A DNA stretch of 64,000 nucleotides, taken from contig CAWJET010000002.1 of the NCBI GenBank assembly GCA_963842085.1, positions 672,001 to 736,000 of the forward strand, in the 5' to 3' direction. Shown here in pieces: positions 19,124-28,594 of the stretch. Origin of the DNA: an uncultured delta proteobacterium. GTDB lineage: Bacteria; Desulfobacterota; Binatia; Binatales; Binataceae. Positions within the stretch are counted from its first letter, which is position 1. Each line of letters opens with the position of its first letter. The notes beneath the pieces were generated by a model, which was given only the letters and a program-made list of their open reading frames with translations, did not search any database and had not been told where the DNA came from. The translations under genes were made by a program, and so were the position numbers.

Positions 19124-21361
19124 TCATCGCGCGCTGCGCAACCGGACTTCGCGTGGCTTGGCGCCGTCCGCGGGCATCACGATTCCTTCGCGCTCCATCT
19201 GCTCGACCATCCGGGCCGCGCGATTGTAGCCGATTCGGAGCCGCCGTTGGATCATCGAGATCGACGCCTGGTTGGTTTCCATCACGATCCGCACCGCTTC
19301 ATCATACATCTCGTCCTGCACGTCGGCGCCGAATCCCGGGCCGTCCTCCTCGCCGGGGGCCTTGGTGTCGAGGATTTCCATACGGTATTCGGGCGCGCCC
19401 TGCGCGCGGAGAAAATCAGTCAGCCTGCGAATCTCATGCTCGCCGACGAACGGTCCGTGCAGGCGGCGAAGTTTCGCGCTACCAGGCGGCATGAAAAGCA
19501 TATCGCCGGCCCCGAGCAGGCGTTCGGCGCCGATAGAATCGAGAATCGTGCGCGAATCGACCCGCGACGTCACTTGAAGCGAGATTCGAGCCGGCAGGTT
19601 CGCCTTGATAAGCCCCGTGATTACATCGACCGACGGCCGCTGCGTCGCCAGGATTAGATGAATCCCCGCAGCGCGCGCTTTTTGCGCCAGCCGCGTGATA
19701 TCGCGCTCGACGGTCTTGCCCTCGCTCAGCAGCAAGTCCGCAAGCTCGTCGATGACGATCACGATCTTCGGCATCTTGCGATGCTCGATTGCGCCGGCCG
19801 CCGGCTGATTGGGGTCGTCCGACGCGGGCGCGCTCTGCCCCGCCATCTTGAGCTGCGCCAGCGACACGCCCGACGCGAGCGCGTGATTGTAGCCGTCGAT
19901 ATTGCGCACGCCCAGCTCGCGCATCCGGATGTAGCGACTCTCCATTTCCTGCGTCGCCCACAGCAGCGCGGACGCAGCCTTCTGCGGATCGACGACGACC
20001 GGAACCAGCAGATGCGGAATATTTTCGTACACCGACAGCTCAAGCATCTTGGGATCGACGAGAATCAGGCGCACGTCGTCGGCGGTCGCGTTGAACAGAA
20101 TCGACGCGATCATCGTGTGGAGCGAGACTGATTTGCCGGTGCCGGTCGCGCCGGCTATCAGCAGATGCGGCATCTTGGCCAAGTCGGTTGCCACCGGACG
20201 TCCGGCGATATCTTTTCCGAGCGCGATCGTGAGCTGGCTCTGCGCGGCCACAAATTCTTCGGCCTCGAGAATCTCGCGCAGATATACACGCTCGCGCTTG
20301 CGATTCGGCACTTCGATTCCGACCACCGCTTCGCCCGGCACCGGCGCCTGGATCCGCACTGCCGCGGCTCTGAGAGCCATCGAAAGATCGTCGGCAAGAT
20401 TGACGATCTGGCTCACTTTGATCCCGGAGCCCGGCTCGAATTTGTACATCGTGACGACCGGGCCAGGCTGCACCTCGACCACGCGTCCCTCCACGCCGAA
20501 GTCCGCGAGCTTCTGCTCGAGCACGCGCGCGCTGCGCTCGAGCTGGGCCTCGTCCACCTGCGCATGCTCGGCCGGCGGCAGATCCAGCAGCGACTGCGGC
20601 GGAAGTTTGAACGCACCCTTCTGACGCGGCTTCGAGGCCGCCGCCTTGTCGCGCTTCTCGCGAATTTCGAGCAACCTGACCTTGAGAGGAGTGGGTTTAC
20701 CGTTGACGCTATCGATGTCGGTGTCGACCTCGTCACCCGCACTCAGCGAGAAGGGAGCCGGCGCATCATCGGCAAGCTCGAACACTTCGCGGGGTCGTCG
20801 GATTCTGTTGGCGACGCCCGCCAGCAGCTCGGTCGGCGCCCGCTTGAGCATCAGGGCCAGCCCGCAGATGAATCCGAGCGCGACGGCGATCGCGCCGCCG
20901 GCCAGGTTGAGCGAATCGCTAAGGAGGGTGGCGATGTCCGCGCCAACTTCACCGCCCATCTTAGCGTCGTGCAGATCCCACAGCGCGCCTGCCGTTGCGA
21001 GGGCGAGAATCAGGATGACGCCGCCGCCAATCTCGCGCGCAATGGTGCCGACTCCCGCGCCGGTCCAAATGCGCTGCGCCAGCCACGCGACCAGTATCAT
21101 CGCGGTGTACGACTGGTACCCGATGAGGCCGCCGAGCGTAGCCGCGATCGCCGCACCGACCGGGCCGCCCAAGTTGGGACTCCGGCCGATATCGACGCTT
21201 ACCAGGCTCACCGTGCCGAAGGCCGCGAAAGCAAGCAGCGCGAGTGCACAAAGCTCGCGCGCGATTCGGCCGCCCGGCGATGACGCGAGCGAAAGCTCTT
21301 CGACCGGTGGCGCAGCAGGCAGCTCGATCGGCGTTTTCTCTTTGCGCGCGATGGGGGTCAC
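19124..21361 (-). CDS. ftsK: DNA translocase FtsK
   Basis: N-terminal TMs, PHLLIAGATGTGKS, IDELAD, ATQRPSVD, gamma domain QRRLRIGYNRAAR. Confidence 0.96.
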   Translation of the reverse strand: MTPIARKEKTPIELPAAPPVEELSLASSPGGRIARELCALALLAFAAFGTVSLVSVDIGRSPNLGGPVGAAIAATLGGLIGYQSYTAMILVAWLAQRIWTGAGVGTIAREIGGGVILILALATAGALWDLHDAKMGGEVGADIATLLSDSLNLAGGAIAVALGFICGLALMLKRAPTELLAGVANRIRRPREVFELADDAPAPFSLSAGDEVDTDIDSVNGKPTPLKVRLLEIREKRDKAAASKPRQKGAFKLPPQSLLDLPPAEHAQVDEAQLERSARVLEQKLADFGVEGRVVEVQPGPVVTMYKFEPGSGIKVSQIVNLADDLSMALRAAAVRIQAPVPGEAVVGIEVPNRKRERVYLREILEAEEFVAAQSQLTIALGKDIAGRPVATDLAKMPHLLIAGATGTGKSVSLHTMIASILFNATADDVRLILVDPKMLELSVYENIPHLLVPVVVDPQKAASALLWATQEMESRYIRMRELGVRNIDGYNHALASGVSLAQLKMAGQSAPASDDPNQPAAGAIEHRKMPKIVIVIDELADLLLSEGKTVERDITRLAQKARAAGIHLILATQRPSVDVITGLIKANLPARISLQVTSRVDSRTILDSIGAERLLGAGDMLFMPPGSAKLRRLHGPFVGEHEIRRLTDFLRAQGAPEYRMEILDTKAPGEEDGPGFGADVQDEMYDEAVRIVMETNQASISMIQRRLRIGYNRAARMVEQMEREGIVMPADGAKPREVRLRSAR

Positions 21362-23049
21362 ACCTCCGTCACGTACGGAATCACCAGCGGCCGCTTGCCA
21401 AGCTCATCGCTGAAGTAGCGCCGAATCGCGCGCACAATCTCTTCTTTCACACGCGGCTCGTTGGCGTGCAGCGGACCGCCGAGCGCGGTCAGGCGCCGCG
21501 TCAATTCCTCCTTCGCGCGCCGCATGTGCGCCGAAGTACCGTCGCCACTTACGAGACCTCGCGAAAGTAGATCGGGACCCGCGACGATACGCCCGGTTTT
21601 CGACGAGAGCACCACGACCGCCGTCACCGTGCCGTCGCGCGCAAGCACCCGGCGCTCGCCGACCACGGCGGCGTCGCCTCCGTCCGCGCCTTCGAGCGCA
21701 ATACGGCCGGCCTCGACCGTGGGGCCACGGCGCGCCTCGCCACCGCTCAGCACGAGCGAGTCGCCGTCTTCGAGCAGGAAGCAGCTGTGTTCCGGTATTC
21801 CCGCTGCGATCGCAAGCGCGACGTGACGGCTCAGATGACGATATTCGCCGTGAATCGGGACGAAGTGGCGCGGCCGCGTCAGCGCGATCATCTCCGCCAA
21901 CTCGTCCTGGCCGGCGTGTCCCGAAACGTGAACCGGAGCGACCGCGTCGTAAATGACCTCGGCGCCTTGCCGGTAGAGACGATTCACCAGCGTGTTAATG
22001 GTGCGCTCATTGCCGGGAATGAAGCGCGACGACAGCACCACCACATCACCATGCTCAACACGAACGCGCGGATGTGAGTCGGCAGCGAGTTTCGCCAGCG
22101 CGGAGAGCGGCTCGCCCTGGCTCCCGCTGGTCAGGTAGCTCAGGCGATGCCCGTCGATAAACTCAGCCTCGCCCGGCTCGACAAACATCGCCTGCGCGAA
22201 TGGAAGCTGGCCGGTTTCGAGCCCCAGCCGCACGCTCTCCGCCATCGCGCGCCCGAGCGGAACGACGCGGCGTCCGAACTCGCGCGAGACCTCGACCACC
22301 TGGCGAATCCGATGCAGATGCGACGAAAAGGCCGACAGGAAAACCCTGCCGCGAGCGCGCGACGTGAGCTCGCGCAGGACGGGCTTGAGCGAACTTTCAG
22401 AGCCCGAGCGGCCGGGGCGCTCGACGTTGGTGGAATCGGAGAGCAACACGGCCACGCCTTCCGCGCCAAGCTCGGCAAAGCGTTCGCGATCGAACATCTG
22501 GCCGTCCACGGGAGTGTCGTCGATCTTGAAGTCGCCGCTATGAACGATGATCCCCGCGGGGGTTCGAATCGCGAGCGCAATCGAATTCGGCGTCGAGTGC
22601 GTGACGCGAATCGGCTCGACCGTGAACGGCCCAGCCTCGAAAGGATGGCGCGGCGCAATCGTCCGCAGATCAACCGGATCGTCGAACTCCGCATCGGCGA
22701 GGCGCCGCCGCGTGAACGCAAGCGTAACGTCGGTTCCATAAACGGGGACGTTGAAGCGGCGCAGCAGATGCGGGAGCGCGCCGATGTGATCCTCGTGGGC
22801 GTGCGTGAGCACCACCGCCTCGACCGCGACGCGGCTGCGCTCCAGCCACGTCATTTCGGGGATACAGATGCCCAGTCCGAGCGCGGGCTCGTCCGGGAAC
22901 ATCACGCCGCAATCGATCACGATCGCGCGCCCGGCGCATTCGATCGCCATCAAGTTGAGGCCGATCTCGCCGAGCCCGCCGAGGGCCACGATTCGGACCG
23001 GCGCGGTCGTGGAAGTGCTTGCCGCCATCGCCCTGTCCTGCCTCCCCAC
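21358..23049 (-). CDS. rnj: Ribonuclease J (start GTG 23049 or ATG 23028)
   Basis: GGLGEIG, THAHEDHIG, DSTN, GSQGEP, HVSGH, PIHGEYRH; TATAAT on the minus strand at 23058-23063. Confidence 0.95.
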   Translation of the reverse strand: MGRQDRAMAASTSTTAPVRIVALGGLGEIGLNLMAIECAGRAIVIDCGVMFPDEPALGLGICIPEMTWLERSRVAVEAVVLTHAHEDHIGALPHLLRRFNVPVYGTDVTLAFTRRRLADAEFDDPVDLRTIAPRHPFEAGPFTVEPIRVTHSTPNSIALAIRTPAGIIVHSGDFKIDDTPVDGQMFDRERFAELGAEGVAVLLSDSTNVERPGRSGSESSLKPVLRELTSRARGRVFLSAFSSHLHRIRQVVEVSREFGRRVVPLGRAMAESVRLGLETGQLPFAQAMFVEPGEAEFIDGHRLSYLTSGSQGEPLSALAKLAADSHPRVRVEHGDVVVLSSRFIPGNERTINTLVNRLYRQGAEVIYDAVAPVHVSGHAGQDELAEMIALTRPRHFVPIHGEYRHLSRHVALAIAAGIPEHSCFLLEDGDSLVLSGGEARRGPTVEAGRIALEGADGGDAAVVGERRVLARDGTVTAVVVLSSKTGRIVAGPDLLSRGLVSGDGTSAHMRRAKEELTRRLTALGGPLHANEPRVKEEIVRAIRRYFSDELGKRPLVIPYVTEV

Positions 23050-23166
23050 CGAAGCGAATTATATCGGTCACAAATCGGCCGCGAAAGCCGCTGTTCATCC
23101 AACTAACACGCTGACTTGCCTTGAGAACGGGGCGGGACTACTTTTTCGGATGACGAGGTGGCGAAG

Positions 23167-23634
23167 ATGGCGGCGTCGGTAAACAAAGTAATTCTAATCG
23201 GCAATCTCGGACGCGATCCCGAAACTCGCTTCACCAACTCGGGTACTTCCGTCACGAACTTTTCAATTGCGACCAAGGACTCGTTCGCCGACAAGAGCGG
23301 GGCGCGGCAGGAGCGCACCGACTGGCACAACATCATCGTGTGGGGCAAGCAGGGCGAGACCTGCGCCCAATATCTCAAGAAAGGCAGCCCGGTTTACGTC
23401 GAGGGGCGAATTTCCTACCGCGAATACGAAGCCAAGGACGGCAGCGGCAAGCGCAAGGTCACGGAGATTGTAGCGACGCGCGTGCAGTTCCTCAGCTCGC
23501 GCGGCGGCGCCCCGATGGGCGATGACAGCGGTGACTTTGGCGGCGGCGCCGCTCGTGGCCGCGCACCAGCGGGCGGCGGCGGCGGCGCGGGCGAGGACGT
23601 CGCGCCGATGGACGACGAAGACATTCCGTTCTGA
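23167..23634 (+). CDS. ssb: Single-stranded DNA-binding protein
   Basis: VNKVILIGNLGRDPE OB fold; C-terminal DDEDIPF. Confidence 0.97.
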   Translation: MAASVNKVILIGNLGRDPETRFTNSGTSVTNFSIATKDSFADKSGARQERTDWHNIIVWGKQGETCAQYLKKGSPVYVEGRISYREYEAKDGSGKRKVTEIVATRVQFLSSRGGAPMGDDSGDFGGGAARGRAPAGGGGGAGEDVAPMDDEDIPF

Positions 23635-23848
23635 GGTCACGCCTGAAATACGCACTTTGGCCGACACTCACGCTGCTATCAGATCGTGATGCTGCACGTG
23701 ACGGCAGCACCTGATTGCCGACTGCGCGAGTCACTCGCTCGACCCCTGGAAAGCGCGGCGCGAATGAAGGTACATCGCTTGCATTTTGGCGCGCGCGAGT
23801 CACGCCGGTATCGAAGCCGACGGTCTGTGAGCGAGGGGGCTCATCGAA

Positions 23849-25705
23849 TTGATCCAGCCAGGGACCAACTGTTCCGGTTACGCTCGACTGTTCGCTTTTG
23901 TTACCACTCTCGCGATCGCTCTGAGCACGAGCGACGCCTTCTCGACGACGCTGCTGCCGCCTGATTCATCGACCACCACGTGGTCGGTCGCGAGCGATCG
24001 CAAGACCATCCTCCAGTCATTGAACGGCGGCCAGCCTTTGCCGTTCGTCGTCAAGGGCGTCGACTACTCGCCGCGTCCTATCGACGACGCCGCGTCGACG
24101 ATTCCCGGGTCGGATTACTTCTGGGGCGATCCCGCTCACCTCACCTACGGTCCGATCTGGATACGCGATCTGTGGGGCACGACCTACAACGACAACGGAG
24201 CGCAAATCAGCCTTCCCGACGGGCTCATCCGTCAACTCGGCGCCAACAGCATCCGCACCTACGCCTGGTGGAAATGGGTTCCGATGTCGCCGTCCGACTA
24301 TTCGAAGTGGAGCACGCTCGATTGGAGTGTAAGTCCGAGAGTCCGCTTCGGCGTGACCTCCGCACCCGCGGGTTTCGCGGGCTGGCCGGCGCACGACGGC
24401 GGCGATCAATTCCTGGACCTATGCTGGAATCATGGCGTCAAGCCAATTTACGTAGTCATCGGAATCTCACTCGATCCGTGGCTCGCCTTTCCCGGCGCCA
24501 ATCCAGATTCCACGTTAGCGCATGACGAGCGGATGTATATCCAGCGCACTACTCAATGGCTGGCGCAGCGTTATGGCTATCATCCAGCAGTGCTCGGATT
24601 TGCTATTGGCAACGAAACCAACCTGCCATTCGCGCGCGGGACAGATAGATACATTGACTATTGGCAGTATATTAATCTGCTCGGTGCAGTCGCGAAGCGC
24701 TACGCACCCGGCAAACTGACTATGACGGCGTTTGCGGACTACCCAACCGGCGAGACGCCGATGCTCCTCAAACCGCTAGTCACTTTCAAAAACTCCGCCG
24801 ATGCGCACCCAGGCGCGCCGACTGTTCCGGTCTGCGTCGATCCGGGCTGCGCGAACCCGGGCCCTGACTGCTCGTCGGCGCATCGCCGGCCCGCTTATCC
24901 CGCCGACATCTACGCGCTCGACGTCTGGGGATTCAACGCCTATCGCAGACCCGAGACCGAAGACGTCGCGAACTTCAAGCGCTGGATAGTCGAGGGCCAC
25001 TACACAAACGGCACTGGCATCGGGCCCGAACTACCTAATCCAGTTCCCAAGCCGATCGTTCTGACCGAATGGGGCGCGCCGGCTTCGATTCGAACCCGCG
25101 AGGGACAGCCACCGCCGCCGCCGAACCCCCAATGGGTAAGCGCGAGTCCCGCGGTTGCCAATGAATTCCACGGCGCGCCCGGATACCGCGCCGCCAAGCT
25201 GATTCAGCGGATCGCATCCGATATCTACGGACCTCATTCCACGCTTTCGACGACCGCAGGCGGCATCCTGTCGGGCGGATACTTGTTCGAGTTCCAGGAC
25301 GAATGGTGGAAGGAAGCGAAGCACCGGCCCGACACATGGTCGTCGCACGATACCACAGTTCTCAAGAGCCAGTTTCCCTTCGGCGAGCCCGGCAGCGGCT
25401 TCGCATCCTACTGGGACGAGGAATGGTTCGGGCTGATGTCGGTCGCGCCAAACCCGGGGCGCATACCTCGGTTCGAGCGCAGCAGCGCGATTGTGGGCAG
25501 CGGCCCCGGCCGTGTTGACTATCCGGTGCTCACCCCCGCCGATGGCACGGGATGGTTGAATGGCGGCGCCGACGTGCTCACGCCGCGCGCCGGGTTCTAC
25601 GCACTGCAGGCCGCGTTCAAAGACACTGCATCGTTGGCCGCGCCAATAGTCAATCGCCCGAACCTCACGCCAATATCATTTCCGCTGCGCGCCAATAGTC
25701 ACTGA
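23849..25705 (+). CDS. Secreted clan GH-A glycoside hydrolase (GH158/GH72/GH2-like TIM barrel)
   Basis: KGVDYSP, LGANSIRTY, FAIGNE (acid/base), LTEWG (nucleophile), FEFQDEWWK, EEWFG; signal peptide. Confidence 0.75.
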   Translation: MIQPGTNCSGYARLFAFVTTLAIALSTSDAFSTTLLPPDSSTTTWSVASDRKTILQSLNGGQPLPFVVKGVDYSPRPIDDAASTIPGSDYFWGDPAHLTYGPIWIRDLWGTTYNDNGAQISLPDGLIRQLGANSIRTYAWWKWVPMSPSDYSKWSTLDWSVSPRVRFGVTSAPAGFAGWPAHDGGDQFLDLCWNHGVKPIYVVIGISLDPWLAFPGANPDSTLAHDERMYIQRTTQWLAQRYGYHPAVLGFAIGNETNLPFARGTDRYIDYWQYINLLGAVAKRYAPGKLTMTAFADYPTGETPMLLKPLVTFKNSADAHPGAPTVPVCVDPGCANPGPDCSSAHRRPAYPADIYALDVWGFNAYRRPETEDVANFKRWIVEGHYTNGTGIGPELPNPVPKPIVLTEWGAPASIRTREGQPPPPPNPQWVSASPAVANEFHGAPGYRAAKLIQRIASDIYGPHSTLSTTAGGILSGGYLFEFQDEWWKEAKHRPDTWSSHDTTVLKSQFPFGEPGSGFASYWDEEWFGLMSVAPNPGRIPRFERSSAIVGSGPGRVDYPVLTPADGTGWLNGGADVLTPRAGFYALQAAFKDTASLAAPIVNRPNLTPISFPLRANSH

Positions 25706-25714
25706 GTATTCGCC

Positions 25715-26719
25715 TCAACCGAGCCACTTAAGGTTTCTCGACGTTCCGTCGAAGGTGTCGCGCGTCTTGTAGTATTCGAACTGGCCACCCTTCGCGGCCT
25801 CCGCCGTCTTGGCGAGGATCGCCGCAACCTGCGTCCCGGTCAGCGGCCGAAACGTCCGCACTGCGTCGAGAGCCTGCTGAAGATATCCGATCCATTCGCA
25901 TCCGGTGACCAGCGTGCCGATCGGCAGGTTCATCGTGTAGTGGAGCGCTTCGAGCGGCGTGACGGTTTTACTCTGCAGGATAAAATTGTCGCCGAAGCAC
26001 TTCATCGCGATCACGCCCATGTTTTTCTCGAGCGCGACCGGCAGCACATTGTGCTGGAAGCTGTCGTAATGCGCGTCCATGACGTTGAGCGGCATCTGGA
26101 CCGTGTCGAAAGTGACGCCATATCGATCGGCCAGCCGGATCATCTTGAGCAGCATCGCCGGAGTCTTATGACCCGAGAAGCCGAAGAAGCGAATCTTGCC
26201 GGATTTCTTCGCCGCCAGCAGCGCTTCGATCGCGCCGTCGCGGCCGAAGACCCGGTCGGGATCGTTGTCGCGGATCACTTCGTGAATCTGCAGCAGATCT
26301 ACGTGGTCGGTCTGCAGCCGCTTCAACGACTCATCGAGTTGCGAATCGACGGTCCACCGCGTGCGCCCGTCAACCTTGGTCATCAGGAAGACCTTATCCC
26401 GGTAGCCGTCGCGCAGCGCCTTGCCCATTCGGAGTTCGCTCTCGCCGAGATGGTAATCCCAAGAGTTGTCCATGAAGGTCACGCCGTTGTCGATCGCGGT
26501 GCGGACGATCGCGATCCCGTCGCGGGGGTCCTTAGGTTGTCCGATATGGTAGCCGCCGATGCCGATGAGCGAGACCTTCGCCCCCGTGCGCCCAAGCGTC
26601 CGATATTGCATCCCACCGGAGCGCGCGATCGACGCCAGCGCTTTGCCGGCAGTCATCGACAAGAGCGCACCAACCCGAGCCGCCATCGCTAGAAATCGTC
26701 GTCTGGTCACAATCTGCAA
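25715..26719 (-). CDS. Aldo/keto reductase with a twin-arginine leader
   Basis: TRRRFL..ALA; YRTLGRTG, DNSWDY, SLKRLQTDHVDL. Confidence 0.9.
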   Translation of the reverse strand: MQIVTRRRFLAMAARVGALLSMTAGKALASIARSGGMQYRTLGRTGAKVSLIGIGGYHIGQPKDPRDGIAIVRTAIDNGVTFMDNSWDYHLGESELRMGKALRDGYRDKVFLMTKVDGRTRWTVDSQLDESLKRLQTDHVDLLQIHEVIRDNDPDRVFGRDGAIEALLAAKKSGKIRFFGFSGHKTPAMLLKMIRLADRYGVTFDTVQMPLNVMDAHYDSFQHNVLPVALEKNMGVIAMKCFGDNFILQSKTVTPLEALHYTMNLPIGTLVTGCEWIGYLQQALDAVRTFRPLTGTQVAAILAKTAEAAKGGQFEYYKTRDTFDGTSRNLKWLG

Positions 26720-26845
26720 CCGCTCCCTTCAGCGCCGCATCTTATACGGATGAAAGTGCTGACTCGACTCACGCTTCCCGACCGATGCTTGAAACCTGTC
26801 ACAACAAAATGATGCGCACGGAGAGGGCCAGCCTTTCCGTCAAAT

Positions 26846-27217
26846 TCAAGCACCTGACTTCGCGGTTCGGCGTAATCGCGGCGGCTTGGGAAGCGGGCGG
26901 CCGTCGGCGCGGGTTGCGATTTCGATGAAGCGGCTCAGCGCGGCGCGCAGTTCGGCAACGGCGAGGCCCATGTGCTCGGGTGGAATAGGGTCGAGCTTGG
27001 CCGACGCTTTCTCGTACAACGACCGTGCGCCTTCGAGGTTTCCACGCTGCGCATGCAGAATCGCGACCGCGGCCTGTATCAGTCCCTGGTAGAAGAGTTT
27101 CGTCTCACCGTCGGAGCGCTTCCAGATTTCCTCCCACGCCTCGTGACACTCGAAAAACCGCCCCTCGTTGAAGAGGTCGATTCCTCGCTCGTAAAAGTCT
27201 GGGTGCGCCCGCTTCAC
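26846..27217 (-). CDS. DUF309 domain protein
   Basis: GIDLFNEGRFFECHEAWEEIW..YQGLIQ; GTG start overlaps the upstream stop (GTGA). Confidence 0.88.
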   Translation of the reverse strand: MKRAHPDFYERGIDLFNEGRFFECHEAWEEIWKRSDGETKLFYQGLIQAAVAILHAQRGNLEGARSLYEKASAKLDPIPPEHMGLAVAELRAALSRFIEIATRADGRPLPKPPRLRRTAKSGA

Positions 27218-27879
27218 ACGATTCGATGTTCGGATGCGACGATGAACGGAAACGGTACGGACAGGAAGTTCGGCTCGTCGAGGCGCACTTTGACGTACTC
27301 GTCGGCGTTGCCCGAATCCCGCACCGCTTGAAAGTCGTCGAACCAGAGCTCGGCGACGCCGTCGTAGCGCGGTGCACGCCCGTCCGCGTATCCGGACGGC
27401 CGCACATGGCATTGCACGTAGCGCCTCACCTGCGGAATCTTCGCGGCTAGTGGACCGTGATGCGTTCGCCAGTATTCCTGGAACGCTGCCACCTCGGTGC
27501 CTTGCTTGCGCGTGAGCAGCGAGAACATCTTCACGGCGCCGGCGCCGGGCGTTCCCTCTTTCTGGACGATCTCGTCGACGACGATTGAACCGGCCTGCGA
27601 CGTATCGACGAACTTCGTATCGTCCGCCGAGGCCGCGCGCCGCGGCGGCGAGTCGACGTTGGCGCGTATCGCGTTTTCATCGTCGAACCAGGCCTCGGAA
27701 ATTCCGTCATACAGCGGCTCGCGATTGCGGTAAGCCGACGGCAGCGTGAGCGATGCGACGTACCTGCGCAGTTCCGGGATCGCGCGAATGAGCGCGGCGT
27801 GCTGGTTCAGCCAGTAGCTGCGGAAATCGTCAACGCTGAGACCGGGCTTGCGCTTGAAGAAGTTGAACGCCTTGACCAT
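27214..27879 (-). CDS. Tandem EthD-domain protein
   Basis: Two repeats of RKPG..F..YW...H..L..IP..RRY..YDG..E.WFD. Confidence 0.88.
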   Translation of the reverse strand: MVKAFNFFKRKPGLSVDDFRSYWLNQHAALIRAIPELRRYVASLTLPSAYRNREPLYDGISEAWFDDENAIRANVDSPPRRAASADDTKFVDTSQAGSIVVDEIVQKEGTPGAGAVKMFSLLTRKQGTEVAAFQEYWRTHHGPLAAKIPQVRRYVQCHVRPSGYADGRAPRYDGVAELWFDDFQAVRDSGNADEYVKVRLDEPNFLSVPFPFIVASEHRIV

Positions 27880-27904
27880 CGGGGACGCGCCGCGCTTGCG
27901 CCGG

Positions 27905-28450
27905 CTACTGCCTGGTCGTGCCGGGTTCGAGCTCGACGCCGACCGGCACCAGCACGCGGACGACCATGTTGTAGAAGGCGACGTTCTGCACCAGCTCCAT
28001 CAGGCGGCGCGTGTCGAGAAACGTCTTCAATGCGTTCCAGGTCGCATCGCTGACGCGCACGTTGCTGGTCGCCTCGACGGCGTAACGAATCACGGCGCGC
28101 TCGTGGTCGCTGAACTTCGAGGATTTCTCCCAGTCGCCGAGAGCTTCGAGCTGCTCGCGCGAGACGCCGACGCGGAGCGCGAGGTTCCAATGATGCACGA
28201 ACTCATATTGCGCGTCGGTGAGCCGGCCGACCGTGCAAATAGCGAGTTCGCGGAGCTTTGGGTCGAGCGCGGTTTTGTTGCGAAGCTCGCTGCCGATCTG
28301 ACAGAAGCGGCGCAACAGGTTTGGCGTATGCGCTAGCGCGCGGAAGATATTGCCGACGGTGCCGCCGCGCTCGGCAGCCAGGTTGTCGAAGATCACGCGG
28401 TCGGCTTCGGGAAGGTCCTCGCGATTCAGGTAGGGTACGCGCGCCGCCAT
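27905..28450 (-). CDS. Carboxymuconolactone decarboxylase/AhpD family protein
   Basis: LDPKLRELAI, YEFVHH, FSDHERAVIRYA, FYNMVVR. Confidence 0.88.
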   Translation of the reverse strand: MAARVPYLNREDLPEADRVIFDNLAAERGGTVGNIFRALAHTPNLLRRFCQIGSELRNKTALDPKLRELAICTVGRLTDAQYEFVHHWNLALRVGVSREQLEALGDWEKSSKFSDHERAVIRYAVEATSNVRVSDATWNALKTFLDTRRLMELVQNVAFYNMVVRVLVPVGVELEPGTTRQ

Positions 28451-28550
28451 CAGTGCACCTCCTGCTTTTGGTCTCTCATAACCACCTGCACGCGCTGAGA
28501 GCGGAAGCAGAATCTTGAATCGCGCGCAAAAGATGCGCGCTGGAAAAGGA

Positions 28551-28587
28551 CCCTCACCTTCGATCCTCTCGCTTGCAGGGAGAGGGG
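28551..28587. repeat. BoxC-like palindromic intergenic element
   Basis: CCCTCACC..CCTCTC..GGGAGAGGGG just downstream of the ilvB stop. Confidence 0.6.
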
Positions 28588-28594
28588 AAAACGT

